Source: Prochlorococcus sp. AG-679-M23 | GTDB taxonomy: Bacteria > Cyanobacteriota > Cyanobacteriia > PCC-6307 > Cyanobiaceae | Reading direction: 5' to 3' | Assembly (NCBI GenBank): GCA_003208875.1 | Contig: QCUR01000002.1 | Span: 64,001 to 128,000, forward strand | DNA length: 64,000 bases | Shown here: piece by piece, positions 31,292 to 42,996 of the stretch | How the letters are laid out: each line of letters begins with the position of its first letter | Numbering within the stretch: position 1 is the first letter of the stretch | The notes under the pieces: model-generated | Told to the model about the DNA's origin: nothing | Seen by the model: the letters and a program-made list of their open reading frames with translations, nothing else | The model's database searches: none | Program-made: the position numbers and the translations under genes

Positions 31292-34039
31292 TTATTTAAT
31301 TTTAATTTGAGAATTCAACTTATTATTTTTTTCTAAATAATCTAAAACTAATTTGGCTTTATTAATAACTTCTTTAGGAACTCCGGCTAACTTAGCGGCT
31401 TCAATACCATAACTTTTGTTCGCACCACCTTTTTCAATTTTATGACAAAAAAATAGTTCATTTTTCTTCTGTTTAACTAATACTTGAAAATTTTCTACGT
31501 TTGTATTTGTATTTTTGAGATAATTAAGTTCATGATAATGAGTAGCAAAGATCGTATTACATACAATTTTTTTTGCAAGATATTCACTTACTGACCATGC
31601 TATGGATAGTCCATCAAAAGTAGATGTCCCTCTTCCTATCTCATCAAGTAAGACAAGAGAATTTGATGTGGCTTGATTTAGTATTGATGCAGTCTCTGAC
31701 ATTTCTACCATGAATGTCGATTGTCCAGTTGATTGGTCATCTACGGCTCCAATTCTTGTAAATATTCGATCTACAATTTGAATATCTGCTTTGCTTGCAG
31801 GAACGAAGCTTCCAATTTGAGCTAGAATTTGTATTAGTCCTATTTGTCTAATAAAGCAACTCTTTCCACTTGCATTTGGACCAGTTAATATTATTAATTT
31901 TTGCTTATTATTAAACAAAATATCATTAGATATAAATTCTCTATTAGTTAATAGTTGTTCAACGATAGGATTTCGTCCTGCAACAATTTTTGTGCTTTGT
32001 TGGTCTCTTGAATTAGTAATGGGTGAAATAGTCGGTTTTATAAAATTATTTTCTAATGATGTAATTGCTAAACCGAGTAATGCATCTATACAGGCAATAG
32101 ATTTTGCTATGGATCTAATCCTTTTTGTTTTTGAAGATACAAGATTTCTTACCTCGCAAAATAATTCATATTCTTTAGCAGCCGCGCGATTTTTAACTTG
32201 AAAAATTTTACTTTCTCTATTTTTGATTTCTGTGGTTACATATCTTTCCTCATTAGTAAGAGTTTGCCTTTTAATCCAATGATCAGGTGCTAAATTAACT
32301 TTAGATTTATTAATTGATATGTAATAACCAAAGTTTTTATGGAATTGAATCTTTAAATTTGATATTTTACTAATTTTTCTTTCTTTAAATTCTTCTTGAT
32401 TCAACCAATCTGAGTAGTCGTCTATTAAATTACGCAAGCCATCTAACACATTATCAACCCCATCATGGATAATGCCTCCTTCACTAGTATTTAAAGGGGG
32501 ATTTTCTACTAGCTTAAAGCTTATTAGATCTGCTAACTCTAAAAGTTCATTATCAATATTTTTTAATTGATCCGTCCAGGATGGGATTTCATACTTAAAT
32601 AATTCAACAATTGACTTTAATCTAGGTAATTTTTTTAATCCCTCTGAGATCGCTATTAAATCTCGTGGACTGGCATGCCCCGCACACGCTCTCCCTGAAA
32701 GTCTCTCTAAATCGCCCATTGCTCTAAGTATATTTTGGGTGTCTATCCGTAACTTTTTAGACTCTAAAAAGTTTGAAATAACATTTTGCCTTTTGCAAAT
32801 CTCATCAATATTTAATAATGGAGAGTCTATCCATCTTCTTAAACATCTTGCACCCATGCAGGTATATGTTCTATCAATACTCCACAGAAGTGAACCAGCA
32901 TAATTATTTTCTCTTTGTGTATTTTTTATTTCTAAATTTTTTTGAGTTTGATAATCAATAATTAAATGATCTTTTGGAAATTGTATTTGTGGAAAATCTA
33001 AAGAAATTTTTAAAGAAGAATCGTTCTCTAAATTTGAAGGATTGATTTTCTCTAAATAATTTAGTAAGCCTCCAAGTGCTCTAGTAGCATTATTTAAATG
33101 CTTGAGTCCTAGGCCCTCTAAACTAAGAATTTGAAAATAGTTTTTTATAGTTGAACATGCTTCATTAATACTAAAAAAAGTTTCTTGGGTGACAGTATAT
33201 GTAATTTGTTGATTTTGGTTTTCTAATAACTTTTTCTCTTCATTGCTTCCTATGATGATTTCTGATGTGTCTAATTTAATAATTTCATCGAATAATTTAG
33301 AGATTGATTGCCCCTCCATTGTTAATAATTCTCCTGTGCTCACATCAGCTCTTGAAATACCCCATTCATATAAATCTTCTGAAATGTTTTCTGATAAGTG
33401 GATTGCTGTTATCCAATTATTTTTTTTTGCAACCAACATACCTTCTTCAATTACAGTCCCTGGTGTAATTATTCTTGTTATTCCTCTTTTCAGTGGTGTT
33501 CCGTAATTTCCAGTACTTTTTTCTAACTGATCACATATAACTACTGAATGGTTTTTTTTAATTAATTCGGCGCAGTATCTCTCCATTGCATGATAAGGGA
33601 CTCCTGCCATAGGAATTTTACCAATATCTTTCCCCGCATCTTTGCTCGTTAAGGTGATCTCTAATAGGTTAGATATGAATACAGCATCTTCAAAAAAACA
33701 TTCAAAAAAGTCACCTAATCTATATAACAACAATCTATGGCTGTTTTCTTCTTTTAATGTCACATAATGTTTAAGAATTGGAGTTAATTTTTGTTTTTCA
33801 ACAGTTTTATAACTGTAAGATTTTTCATTAATGCAATCATTCTTTCTTTCTGAATTTGAATTATTTTTGAATTTGTTTATTAAATTAGTAGAATTTTTTC
33901 TTTGTCTAGGCCTTTTCTGCGACTCTTTTTTTAATTCTTCAGTAGATAAATCTTCAGGAAATTCACTTGAGTTGTTTGGGCGTTTAAGTTCATGATTAAT
34001 TGCAAATAAATCCTTCTGAATTATCGTATCTTCTTCCAT
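31292..34039 (-). CDS. mutS: DNA mismatch repair protein MutS
   Basis: [46 protein letters not shown]. Confidence 0.97.
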   Translation of the reverse strand: MEEDTIIQKDLFAINHELKRPNNSSEFPEDLSTEELKKESQKRPRQRKNSTNLINKFKNNSNSERKNDCINEKSYSYKTVEKQKLTPILKHYVTLKEENSHRLLLYRLGDFFECFFEDAVFISNLLEITLTSKDAGKDIGKIPMAGVPYHAMERYCAELIKKNHSVVICDQLEKSTGNYGTPLKRGITRIITPGTVIEEGMLVAKKNNWITAIHLSENISEDLYEWGISRADVSTGELLTMEGQSISKLFDEIIKLDTSEIIIGSNEEKKLLENQNQQITYTVTQETFFSINEACSTIKNYFQILSLEGLGLKHLNNATRALGGLLNYLEKINPSNLENDSSLKISLDFPQIQFPKDHLIIDYQTQKNLEIKNTQRENNYAGSLLWSIDRTYTCMGARCLRRWIDSPLLNIDEICKRQNVISNFLESKKLRIDTQNILRAMGDLERLSGRACAGHASPRDLIAISEGLKKLPRLKSIVELFKYEIPSWTDQLKNIDNELLELADLISFKLVENPPLNTSEGGIIHDGVDNVLDGLRNLIDDYSDWLNQEEFKERKISKISNLKIQFHKNFGYYISINKSKVNLAPDHWIKRQTLTNEERYVTTEIKNRESKIFQVKNRAAAKEYELFCEVRNLVSSKTKRIRSIAKSIACIDALLGLAITSLENNFIKPTISPITNSRDQQSTKIVAGRNPIVEQLLTNREFISNDILFNNKQKLIILTGPNASGKSCFIRQIGLIQILAQIGSFVPASKADIQIVDRIFTRIGAVDDQSTGQSTFMVEMSETASILNQATSNSLVLLDEIGRGTSTFDGLSIAWSVSEYLAKKIVCNTIFATHYHELNYLKNTNTNVENFQVLVKQKKNELFFCHKIEKGGANKSYGIEAAKLAGVPKEVINKAKLVLDYLEKNNKLNSQIKIK

Positions 34040-34182
34040 CTTTTTATTATTTCTAAATAGATATTAGGAACATATTTTAGTTTTGCATTTTAAAACTCAC
34101 TAAAAGTATGTAAATTTTCTCCAAAAATATTCATTTTCATGAGATCATAGTATCTATAATTATTTAAAAATAAGTTTGAATC

Positions 34183-34380
34183 ATGCAGGCAGTTAATTTT
34201 TTCTTCGTAAATGCTCTTTTATTTGCTTCTCTTATCGCGGTAGTAGGAGTACCCGTTTTATATGTAACTCAACCTTCTACTGAAGATGGACAGAAAGAAA
34301 GTAGAAGAAAAATATATTCTATTGCTGCAGTTTGGCTCGTTTTAGTTTTTGCTACAGGGATTGTTTCAGCCTTAGTTTGA
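34183..34380 (+). CDS. psbZ: Photosystem II protein Z
   Basis: 65 aa, two TM helices, VVGVPVLY; upstream of ribH as typical in cyanobacteria. Confidence 0.9.
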   Translation: MQAVNFFFVNALLFASLIAVVGVPVLYVTQPSTEDGQKESRRKIYSIAAVWLVLVFATGIVSALV

Positions 34381-34428
34381 ACTTAGTGCCTTTTCATGAG
34401 AGTGTAGATATATAAGAAAGAAAATTTA

Positions 34429-34905
34429 ATGACTATCTTTGAGGGATCTTTTACCAATGCTTCTACTTTAAAAGTAGGTATAGTTGTAGCAAGGTTTAAT
34501 GATTTAATTACTAATCAAATATTATCTGGGTGTATTGATTGTCTTAAAAGGCATGGTTTAGATACTTCAGAAACAAGTAAAGAACTTGATATTGTTTGGG
34601 TTCCTGGATCATTTGAACTTCCAATAGCAGCTAAAACACTTTTGAAAAAATCTAACTATGACGTTGTAATTGCTCTTGGAGCTGTTATTAGAGGAGAAAC
34701 TTCTCATTATGATGTTGTTATTTCTGAGGCTAGTAAGGGAATTTCACAAGTTTCATATGAAAATAATGTCCCAATTATTTTTGGCGTTTTAACTACTGAT
34801 AGTATGCAACAGGCTTTAGAAAGAGCTGGGATAAAGAACAACCTTGGTTGGAACTATGCTTTACAAGCAATTGAGATGGGTTCTTTAATTAAAAATTTAA
34901 ATTAG
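34429..34905 (+). CDS. ribH: 6,7-dimethyl-8-ribityllumazine synthase
   Basis: [37 protein letters not shown]. Confidence 0.97.
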   Translation: MTIFEGSFTNASTLKVGIVVARFNDLITNQILSGCIDCLKRHGLDTSETSKELDIVWVPGSFELPIAAKTLLKKSNYDVVIALGAVIRGETSHYDVVISEASKGISQVSYENNVPIIFGVLTTDSMQQALERAGIKNNLGWNYALQAIEMGSLIKNLN

Positions 34906-34967
34906 TTTCAAAAAAAGTAAGGTTTTGTCCATTTCATTCCTTTTTTAAGATAAAATGAATTAGTTAT

Positions 34968-35039
34968 GCGGATGTAGCTCAGTGGTAGAGCATCTCCTTG
35001 CCAAGGAGAATGTCGAGAGTTCGAATCTCTTCATCCGCT
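34968..35039 (+). tRNA. tRNA-Gly (GCC), CCA not encoded
   Basis: Acceptor stem GCGGATG/CATCCGC, D-arm GCTCAGTGGTAGAGC, anticodon arm TCTCC-TTGCCAA-GGAGA, T-loop GTTCGAAT. Confidence 0.97.
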
Positions 35040-35158
35040 TTTTAAGCTATATTAATTGGTTGACTATTACTTGAGGAGCTAAATCAGATTATTTGAATGA
35101 TTACTTTTTAAAAATACAAAATTTGAAATATAATTAATAGATAAATATAAATTTTTAA

Positions 35159-35593
35159 ATGCCAACTACTACTATTTCTATTGAGGATTTAAGAGGTTTA
35201 TTTACTAAACCCTATGGGGTAGATGCACCAACAAAAGCAAAGTGGGCAGAGTTTTACAATGAGAATGTTACCTTCATTGATCCAACACAGGAAACGAAAG
35301 GATTAGATTCTTATGTGGAGGCCCAAGAAAAGCTGGTTAAAAGATGCAATGATGTTTATTTGGAAACTCATGCAATATCAATAAATGGAAACTATGGATT
35401 TGTAGAATGGACTATGGGTTTAAAAATTATGGGTAAAGAATTTATATATCCTGGCACGACACGTTTGATATTTTCTGACAATGGCTTAATCCAAGAACAC
35501 AGAGATTATTTTGATTTTTGTGGTCCTACTTTTGGACCCGTTCCTATTTTGGGTCCGTTTATTAGGTGGCTTTATGCAAGATTTATATCTTAA
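35159..35593 (+). CDS. SnoaL/NTF2-like family protein
   Basis: FYNENVTFIDP, VEWTM, GLIQEHRDYFD, VPILGPFIRWL. Confidence 0.85.
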   Translation: MPTTTISIEDLRGLFTKPYGVDAPTKAKWAEFYNENVTFIDPTQETKGLDSYVEAQEKLVKRCNDVYLETHAISINGNYGFVEWTMGLKIMGKEFIYPGTTRLIFSDNGLIQEHRDYFDFCGPTFGPVPILGPFIRWLYARFIS

Positions 35594-35625
35594 AGATCAA
35601 AGACGTTAGTAAAATTTTTAAAATT

Positions 35626-36018
35626 GTGAATAGTATTTCTCAAGCCAATAAATATCAAATATTAAGATTTTTTATCTCAGGTTTAATTGCAACATTTATA
35701 AATTTTTTAGTATTTAATTCATTTTATTTAATTTTTAAAAACATAATATTTGCCTCCTTATTGGGTTACTCGACAGGACTTTTATCATCATTTGTTTTTG
35801 CAAAGATTTGGGTTTTTAGAGATAATTCACAAAAAAAAATAATTAAATCTTTTTTTATTTTTTGTTTAATTTATTTTTTAGGAGGTTTAGAAATGTCTCT
35901 AGTAATTATTGTTTTGAGTCGATTAATTGATAATTATAAGATTGCTTGGTTGATAGGAGCATTTATAGGCGCCTTAAATAATTATTTAGGTTCGAAATAT
36001 TTTTTATTTAAGAAGTAA
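35626..36018 (+). CDS. GtrA family four-TM protein (putative lipid-linked sugar translocase)
   Basis: LRFFISGLIATFIN, AKIWVF, NYLGSKYFLF; start probably GTG 35626 (track 35566). Confidence 0.82.
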   Translation: MNSISQANKYQILRFFISGLIATFINFLVFNSFYLIFKNIIFASLLGYSTGLLSSFVFAKIWVFRDNSQKKIIKSFFIFCLIYFLGGLEMSLVIIVLSRLIDNYKIAWLIGAFIGALNNYLGSKYFLFKK

Positions 36019-36019
36019 T

Positions 36020-36475
36020 TTATACTTCGTGGACTAAAAGATTTTGTGAAGTAACTTCTTTGAAATCAACTTGCGAATAAAACATTTTTTTGCTCGTAGT
36101 CATTAAATATATTTTCTTAGTATGTTTTATTTTCTTTGATTCTAAAAGATTTTTCACAATCATCTTGCCGTAACCTTTCCCTTGATGATCTTGATCAATT
36201 ACTATATCCCATAAAACACCTCTATAAACACCATCTGACAAGGCTCTCCCAAAACCAACTGGTTCATTATTAGACCAAATACTTATAACAACATCGCTAT
36301 TAGCAAGACATTTTTTGAGGTCTGTAATTGTTCTATCCTTAGCCCAAAATGCATTACGATGTAGAAATTGTTGAAGTTTAAATAATCCTTTCGTGGGTTT
36401 GAGATTAGGACCTAATCCAAATAATCTTAATCCAAGAGCTCCTTTTGAATGTTTAATTAAAAATACTGGTTTCAT
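36020..36475 (-). CDS. GNAT family N-acetyltransferase (Ycf52-like)
   Basis: VGFGRALSDG, WDIVIDQDHQGKGYG acetyl-CoA motif. Confidence 0.88.
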   Translation of the reverse strand: MKPVFLIKHSKGALGLRLFGLGPNLKPTKGLFKLQQFLHRNAFWAKDRTITDLKKCLANSDVVISIWSNNEPVGFGRALSDGVYRGVLWDIVIDQDHQGKGYGKMIVKNLLESKKIKHTKKIYLMTTSKKMFYSQVDFKEVTSQNLLVHEV

Positions 36476-36650
36476 AAGTTTGGAAATTCTAGAATTTTGA
36501 GAGAAATGTAATAACTTCTTTGGTAACTTTGATTTAAACCTTAATCGATTTCTTTTTAAAAAATAAAGAGATATAGGATTTGCTCATTTAGTTGTAACGC
36601 ACTAATTTATAATGATTGTAATAGGATAAATTTTTAGAGGAAAAACAATT

Positions 36651-39482
36651 ATGCTCAAACTTTTGTTGGGAGACCCGAATACACGAAAGTTAAAGAGATA
36701 TCAACCAATAGTTGAAGAAATAAACTTATTAGAAGAAGAAGTATCCATATTAACTGATGATGAATTGCGGAATGAAACTCATAATCTTAAATCAAATATT
36801 TCATCAGAGTTAAATATTAAAAAACAAAAGGAACTATTAGAAGAAACATTACCAAAAGCTTTTGCAATCGTAAGAGAAGCAAGTAAAAGAGTTTTAGAAA
36901 TGCGTCATTTTGATGTGCAATTAATAGGTGGGATGGTTCTCCATGAAGGACAAATTGCTGAAATGAAAACTGGAGAAGGTAAAACTCTCGTTGCAACGCT
37001 ACCTTGTTATCTTAATGCTTTAACTGGTAAAGGTGTACATGTTGTTACTGTGAATGATTACCTGGCTCGAAGAGATGCTGAGTGGATGGGACAAGTCCAT
37101 CGTTTTTTGGGCTTATCAGTTGGTCTAATTCAGCAAGATATGAGTCCTTCAGAAAGGAAAAAAAACTATGCATGTGACATAACCTATGCCACTAATTCTG
37201 AATTAGGCTTTGATTATTTGAGAGATAACATGGCTACTGAAATCGAAGAAGTAGTTCAAAGAAAATTCAATTATTGCGTTATAGATGAAGTAGATTCAAT
37301 TCTAATTGATGAAGCAAGAACTCCTCTAATAATTTCTGGTCAAATTGAAAGACCACAAGAAAAATATCAAAAAGCGGCACAATTATCATTATCTCTCATT
37401 AAGGCGAAAGAGTTGAGTAAAGATGGAATTGATCCAGAGGGTGATTATGAAGTTGATGAAAAACAACGTAGCTGTATATTAACTGATCAAGGATTTGCTA
37501 AATGTGAAGAGGCCTTGAAGGTTAATGATTTATACGATCCTAAAGACCCGTGGGCTCATTACATTACTAATGCTTTAAAAGCTAAAGAATTATTCGTTAA
37601 AGATGTAAATTACATCATTAAAAAAGATGAAGCAGTAATAGTTGATGAATTTACTGGAAGGGTTATGCCTGGAAGAAGATGGAGTGATGGACAACATCAG
37701 GCAATCGAAGCAAAAGAAGGTCTTAAAATTCAACCTGAGACCCAAACATTAGCATCTATAACGTATCAGAACTTTTTCCTTTTATATCCAGGATTAGCTG
37801 GTATGACAGGAACTGCCAAGACCGAAGAGGTGGAATTTGAAAAAACTTATAAATTAGAGTCAACAGTTGTTCCAACTAATCAGATAAGGAAGAGACAAGA
37901 TTGGGCTGATCAAGTTTTTAAAACAGAGCTCGGAAAATGGAAAGCGGTCGCTAATGAGACGGCAGAAATACATAGGAACGGCAGACCTGTTTTAGTAGGT
38001 ACGACAAGTGTTGAAAAAAGTGAGTTATTAAGTACACTTCTTTTCGAACAGCAAATCCCACATAATTTGCTAAATGCAAAACCAGAGAATGTAGAACGCG
38101 AGGCAGAAATCGTAGCTCAGGCTGGAAGGTCAGGTGCCGTCACTATCGCAACAAACATGGCGGGAAGAGGAACTGATATTATTCTTGGTGGTAATAGCGA
38201 CTATATGGCAAGGCTAAAATTAAAAGAGACTTTAATGCCCTTACTCGTTAAGCCAGATAATGAGCATAAACCGCCAATACCTCAACAAAGAAATTCAAAA
38301 TCTGGGGGAGGATTTTCTTCAAATGTTGACTCAATTGCAAATAAAAATACTAAAGTTGTTGTAGACAATCTTTTCCCATGTCAGTTAGGCGAAGATATTA
38401 AAAGAAAACTATCTTTATTATCCAATGAACTTGTAAAAAATTGGGGAGATAGAAGCTTAACTATTCTTGAATTAGATGATAAGATCGCTACTGCTGCTGA
38501 AAAAGCTCCAACTGAAGATAAACTAATACAATCTTTGAGAGAATCTTTATCAGAGGTGAAAAATGAATATGAAAAGGTATTAATTCATGAAGAAGAAAAT
38601 GTTAGGAATGCTGGAGGTCTTCATGTCATTGGAACTGAAAGGCATGAGTCAAGAAGAGTTGATAATCAACTTAGAGGAAGAGCAGGTAGACAAGGAGATC
38701 TTGGAAGTACCAGATTCTTTTTATCTTTGGAAGATAATCTATTAAGGATATTTGGAGGAGATAGGGTAGCAAACTTAATGAACGCTTTTAGGGTAGATGA
38801 AGATATGCCTATTGAGTCAGGAATGCTTACTAGATCTTTAGAAAGTGCACAGAAGAAAGTTGAGACTTATTATTATGACATCAGAAAACAAGTTTTTGAA
38901 TATGATGAGGTAATGAATAATCAAAGAAAAGCGGTCTATAATGAGAGATTAAGAGTTCTAAAAGGGAATGATTTGAAGAAACAAGTCATAGGGTATGGAG
39001 AAAGAACAATGGAAGAAATTGTAGAAGCTTATATTAATCCTGATTTACCTCCAGAAGAGTGGGACATTGATCAATTGATTTCTAAAGTAAAAGAATTCAT
39101 TTATTTATTAAATGATCTTAAATCAGAAGATGTTAGTGTCTTGTCTATTGAAGAATTAAAAAATTATCTTCAAGAGCAATTACGAATTGCATATGATTTG
39201 AAGGAGGCTCAAATAGAGAAGTTTCGTCCAGGTTTAATGAGGGAAGCTGAAAGGTTTTTTATACTTCAACAAATTGATAATTTATGGAGAGAACATCTTC
39301 AATCGATGGATTCTTTAAGAGAATCTGTAGGATTAAGAGGTTATGGTCAAAAGGACCCCTTGATTGAATATAAAAATGAAGGTTATGATATGTTTCTTGA
39401 AATGATGACTAATATGAGAAGAAATGTCATTTATTCAATGTTCATGTTTCAACCTAAAAGTGAAAAAGAAACTAATAATTAA
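36651..39482 (+). CDS. secA: Preprotein translocase subunit SecA
   Basis: [35 protein letters not shown]; has the long insertion typical of cyanobacterial SecA. Confidence 0.98.
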   Translation: MLKLLLGDPNTRKLKRYQPIVEEINLLEEEVSILTDDELRNETHNLKSNISSELNIKKQKELLEETLPKAFAIVREASKRVLEMRHFDVQLIGGMVLHEGQIAEMKTGEGKTLVATLPCYLNALTGKGVHVVTVNDYLARRDAEWMGQVHRFLGLSVGLIQQDMSPSERKKNYACDITYATNSELGFDYLRDNMATEIEEVVQRKFNYCVIDEVDSILIDEARTPLIISGQIERPQEKYQKAAQLSLSLIKAKELSKDGIDPEGDYEVDEKQRSCILTDQGFAKCEEALKVNDLYDPKDPWAHYITNALKAKELFVKDVNYIIKKDEAVIVDEFTGRVMPGRRWSDGQHQAIEAKEGLKIQPETQTLASITYQNFFLLYPGLAGMTGTAKTEEVEFEKTYKLESTVVPTNQIRKRQDWADQVFKTELGKWKAVANETAEIHRNGRPVLVGTTSVEKSELLSTLLFEQQIPHNLLNAKPENVEREAEIVAQAGRSGAVTIATNMAGRGTDIILGGNSDYMARLKLKETLMPLLVKPDNEHKPPIPQQRNSKSGGGFSSNVDSIANKNTKVVVDNLFPCQLGEDIKRKLSLLSNELVKNWGDRSLTILELDDKIATAAEKAPTEDKLIQSLRESLSEVKNEYEKVLIHEEENVRNAGGLHVIGTERHESRRVDNQLRGRAGRQGDLGSTRFFLSLEDNLLRIFGGDRVANLMNAFRVDEDMPIESGMLTRSLESAQKKVETYYYDIRKQVFEYDEVMNNQRKAVYNERLRVLKGNDLKKQVIGYGERTMEEIVEAYINPDLPPEEWDIDQLISKVKEFIYLLNDLKSEDVSVLSIEELKNYLQEQLRIAYDLKEAQIEKFRPGLMREAERFFILQQIDNLWREHLQSMDSLRESVGLRGYGQKDPLIEYKNEGYDMFLEMMTNMRRNVIYSMFMFQPKSEKETNN

Positions 39483-39489
39483 TTCACAA

Positions 39490-40224
39490 TTAGTTATCTC
39501 CTAAGAATTCTATTATTTCTTTGTCTTTTAGATTTTGTGCATTGCCGACTTTAGAAATATCATTAGATTCTGAATTTACCAAACATTGAAGGGTATTTTG
39601 TAGTTTAAGGATTTGGTTTTCAAGCTGGTCTATTCTATCCATTAAATTTTTAATTACATTAGCTTCAGCGTCTGGTAAAGCAGAGTGTGCTAAGGGATTA
39701 ACTTTTACACCACTTTGATGAACTACTCTTCCTGGTATTCCAACTACAGTACTATTTTCTTCGACATTACGAACAACGACTGAACCGGCCCCAATTCTAG
39801 TATTTTGTCCAATTATTATTGAGCCTAGAACTTTTGCTCCTGCCCCAACTACTACATTCTCCATTAATGTTGGATGCCTTTTGCCATGACTTTTACCAGT
39901 TCCTCCTAATGTAACTCCTTGATAAAGTAAGCAATTATTACCAATTTCAGCTGTTTCGCCTATGACAACACCCATGCCATGATCTATAAAAACTTTTTTA
40001 CCGATTTTGGCACCTGGATGTATTTCTATTCCTGTTAATAATCTATTTAAATGACTTAATAATCTCGGAATTAAGGGTAACTTTAATAACCATAATTTAT
40101 GGGTAAATCTATGAACGATAATTGATTGGAAACCAGGATAGCAAAGAAAAATTTCTAAAATTCCTCTTGCTGCAGGATCTCTCTCTCTTATTATTTCAAT
40201 ATCTGACTTAAAAGTTCTTAGCAT
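39490..40224 (-). CDS. cysE: Serine O-acetyltransferase
   Basis: RDPAAR, EIHPGA, IDHGMGVVIGET, KRHPT hexapeptide repeats. Confidence 0.96.
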   Translation of the reverse strand: MLRTFKSDIEIIRERDPAARGILEIFLCYPGFQSIIVHRFTHKLWLLKLPLIPRLLSHLNRLLTGIEIHPGAKIGKKVFIDHGMGVVIGETAEIGNNCLLYQGVTLGGTGKSHGKRHPTLMENVVVGAGAKVLGSIIIGQNTRIGAGSVVVRNVEENSTVVGIPGRVVHQSGVKVNPLAHSALPDAEANVIKNLMDRIDQLENQILKLQNTLQCLVNSESNDISKVGNAQNLKDKEIIEFLGDN

Positions 40225-40230
40225 AATGAA

Positions 40231-41217
40231 TTAATTAATTACTCCTATCTCGGTTTTTAAATGATTTATAGTTTTTATGCTTAAATAATTTTTCGCACAT
40301 ATAATTTGTGGTACTCTCATCAATTGAGAACGATTTTTTAACAGAGTATTTTCAATAACAGATAAACTAGGTCCATCGCAAACTATATAATTTGAAGCTT
40401 TTAAAAGGGCTAATAATCTACTACTGTTATCTGAGATGGTAGTCATGATTACTATATCACTTCCTCTCATGCTATGTATGATGATTTCTGCAGCTCTTAA
40501 AAGGCCAGGACTGATGCTTACAATACCTACACAACTTCCAGGTTTTAATTCTTTGATTATTTTTAATTCTTTCTGAAAGTCGCTCAAATCAACAGCAATA
40601 GCTCTAATCCTATATTGTTTTGCTAATTTTTCTAAGGGTTGTAAAAAATATCTACTTGTGACAATTGTCCCATTATTGGAGTTGCAAAGAACTTTTTCTA
40701 ATTCTTCCATAGGGACAACTTCTACTGGGACGTTGATGTTTGGAGAGAGGTCTTCTGCAATTAACATAGAAGCACCTATATCTTCCCGAGGGGTACTAAC
40801 TATTATTCTTGATCCACATTTAATACGCCAATCAATTTCATTAGTCAACAGATTTCTTGTTTCTTGAAGAGTGCATCCAAGTTTGATTAATTTGTCTACT
40901 GCTTTTTTTATCTCTAGATCAGGAGTTGTATTTAAATTGTTTTTTGAATTAAAAGATTTTTTAAGATCTCCTTTTTTAAGATTATCTCTCACATAAATCC
41001 CTGATCCTGCTATCGCTTCAACCACTCCGTCCGTTTCGAGTTGTCTATAAACTTTACTTATAGTATTGCGATGCAATCCTGTCTGCATAGCTAATTGTCT
41101 AGTACTCGGCAAGCGATGACCTGGAGGATAATATCTAGCTGCAATCGCAAAGCAAATTTGATTATATAACTGTGTAGATGCCGGAATATCAATTTCTTGT
41201 TGGATATGAAATCTCAC
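40231..41217 (-). CDS. plmA: GntR-family regulator, cyanobacterial PlmA subfamily
   Basis: IPASTQLYNQI, RLPSTRQLA..TGLHRNTISKVY wHTH; C-domain VTSRYFL. Confidence 0.87.
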   Translation of the reverse strand: MRFHIQQEIDIPASTQLYNQICFAIAARYYPPGHRLPSTRQLAMQTGLHRNTISKVYRQLETDGVVEAIAGSGIYVRDNLKKGDLKKSFNSKNNLNTTPDLEIKKAVDKLIKLGCTLQETRNLLTNEIDWRIKCGSRIIVSTPREDIGASMLIAEDLSPNINVPVEVVPMEELEKVLCNSNNGTIVTSRYFLQPLEKLAKQYRIRAIAVDLSDFQKELKIIKELKPGSCVGIVSISPGLLRAAEIIIHSMRGSDIVIMTTISDNSSRLLALLKASNYIVCDGPSLSVIENTLLKNRSQLMRVPQIICAKNYLSIKTINHLKTEIGVIN

Positions 41218-41316
41218 TTTAGAAAAAACCTAATTAATTTCTTTAATGTTCCTAAATAATATTTTAACATCCATCAAAATTTTTGAATCAATTTCGTATT
41301 GTTAAATTGCCTAAAT

Positions 41317-41889
41317 TTACCCCTCTTCTTTTTTTATTAAAGGTGTTTTTCTAGGACTTAAAAACATAATCATATTTCTACCTTCCCTTTTTGGCCTTTG
41401 TTGGACTTCTGACTGTTCTTCTAAATCATTAGCCATTTTTAAAAGGAGTGTTTCTGCTAAATTTGAGTGCTGAATTTCTCTACCTCTAAAAAAAACTGTA
41501 CATTTAACTTTATCGCCTGATTTTAAAAATCTCACAGCTTGACCTATTCTTACGTCATAATCATGTTTATCAATTTTGTATCTCATTTTTACCTCTTTAA
41601 CTTCAGTTTGGTGAGATTTTTTCTTTGTTTCTTTTGCTTTTTTTTCTTGTTCAAATTTATATTTTCCGTAATCCATTATCCTACAAACTGGCGGATTAGC
41701 TTTCTCGCTTACTAAAACCAAGTCAAGTCCTCTTTGATCAGCAATTTCTAGAGCTTTTATTCTATCAATAACTCCTAGTTGTTTCCCATCTGAATCAACA
41801 ACTCTTAGTTGAGGGTATTTTATTCTTTCGTTTATATTTGGGAGCTCTCTAACAGGAGCGCGGCGATCAAAGCGTGGACGTGGTGGCAT
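41317..41889 (-). CDS. infC: Translation initiation factor IF-3
   Basis: [38 protein letters not shown]. Confidence 0.98.
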   Translation of the reverse strand: MPPRPRFDRRAPVRELPNINERIKYPQLRVVDSDGKQLGVIDRIKALEIADQRGLDLVLVSEKANPPVCRIMDYGKYKFEQEKKAKETKKKSHQTEVKEVKMRYKIDKHDYDVRIGQAVRFLKSGDKVKCTVFFRGREIQHSNLAETLLLKMANDLEEQSEVQQRPKREGRNMIMFLSPRKTPLIKKEEG

Positions 41890-41944
41890 TCAGTTTTTTA
41901 AAATGATTGTTTTGATGATTAAAAGATCTACTTATTTTATAAAG

Positions 41945-42844
41945 TTAGCGTAAAGCATACTCTATATTGATTATTGCATCTTTTAGTAGGTTTTTGTTAT
42001 TAAGCCATATTGGATTGTTTTTATTACGGAACCATGTTTTTTGTCTCTTGGCAAATTGGATTGTTTTTGTTGTAGTTATTTCAATAGCTTTTTCAATTTT
42101 TAAATTTTCCTTTATTACATCCTTGGCTTCCTTATATCCAATCGTTTCTAGTAAAGGTAAATTTGATCCATATTGATTAATAATCTTTTTGGTCTCATCT
42201 ATAATTCCAAATTCAAACATATCTTTTGTTCTTTTGAAAATACGTTCTTTTAAATCTTCTCTATATAGACCTAATTCTAATATTTTCCATGGGGGAGGGT
42301 TCTGGAATTTTTGAGAGGATATTGGTTTGCCTGTTACATAAAAGACTTCTAAAGCTCTTATCGTCCTAACTTGATCAGCGTAATTGATTTTTTTTGTTAA
42401 GACAGGATCACAAATTTTTAAAAGTTCCCAACATTTTTCTTGCCCTAGTTTTTCGAATTGTGATCTTAAAGCTTTTTGAGGAGGAACATCCGGAGTAAAG
42501 AATCCCTTTATTATTGAATTCATATATAGCCCGCTTCCGCCTATTAGCAAAGGAATTCTTTTTTGATTTAGTTCTCGATTTATTGATTTGGTAGCAATTT
42601 CTTGAAATTGTTTTGCATTTATATGGCTAGAGGGTTCTTCAAGATCTATTAAAAAATGCTTTATTGTTTTTTGTTGTTCTTTAGTTGGCTTTGCTGTACC
42701 TATGTCCATAAATCGATAAAGTTGTCTTGAGTCGACATTATGTATATTGAGATTAAAATATTTAGCAATTTCGATTCCTAGCTCAGTTTTGCCACTCGCT
42801 GTAGGCCCGATTAAAACTATTACTAATGGTTTTGGTTGGAACAT
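41945..42844 (-). CDS. miaA: tRNA dimethylallyltransferase
   Basis: [36 protein letters not shown]. Confidence 0.97.
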   Translation of the reverse strand: MFQPKPLVIVLIGPTASGKTELGIEIAKYFNLNIHNVDSRQLYRFMDIGTAKPTKEQQKTIKHFLIDLEEPSSHINAKQFQEIATKSINRELNQKRIPLLIGGSGLYMNSIIKGFFTPDVPPQKALRSQFEKLGQEKCWELLKICDPVLTKKINYADQVRTIRALEVFYVTGKPISSQKFQNPPPWKILELGLYREDLKERIFKRTKDMFEFGIIDETKKIINQYGSNLPLLETIGYKEAKDVIKENLKIEKAIEITTTKTIQFAKRQKTWFRNKNNPIWLNNKNLLKDAIINIEYALR

Positions 42845-42996
42845 ATGTGATTTTTTGGAAGAAATATTAGATTCATATAATTAAAGTGATTAAATTTTGC
42901 ATTTACTTCAAGCCTTTCTCTTATACCGATGGTAAATTTAATGAAACACCTTTTAAAAATAACATTTTAAAAGTTTTATTTTATTTTTTATATTAA

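Noticed and set aside
34090..34115. HLR1-like site upstream of psbZ on the minus strand
   Set aside because: Only one good half-site (TTTACATA); the partner has three mismatches
35985..36000. GGTTCGAA near the end of the GtrA gene as an att duplication of the tRNA-Gly T-loop
   Set aside because: Only about 7 bp match, inside coding sequence, and no integrase
38200..38610. Large insertion in SecA as a possible intein
   Set aside because: No intein terminal motifs; matches the variable insertion typical of cyanobacterial and plastid SecA
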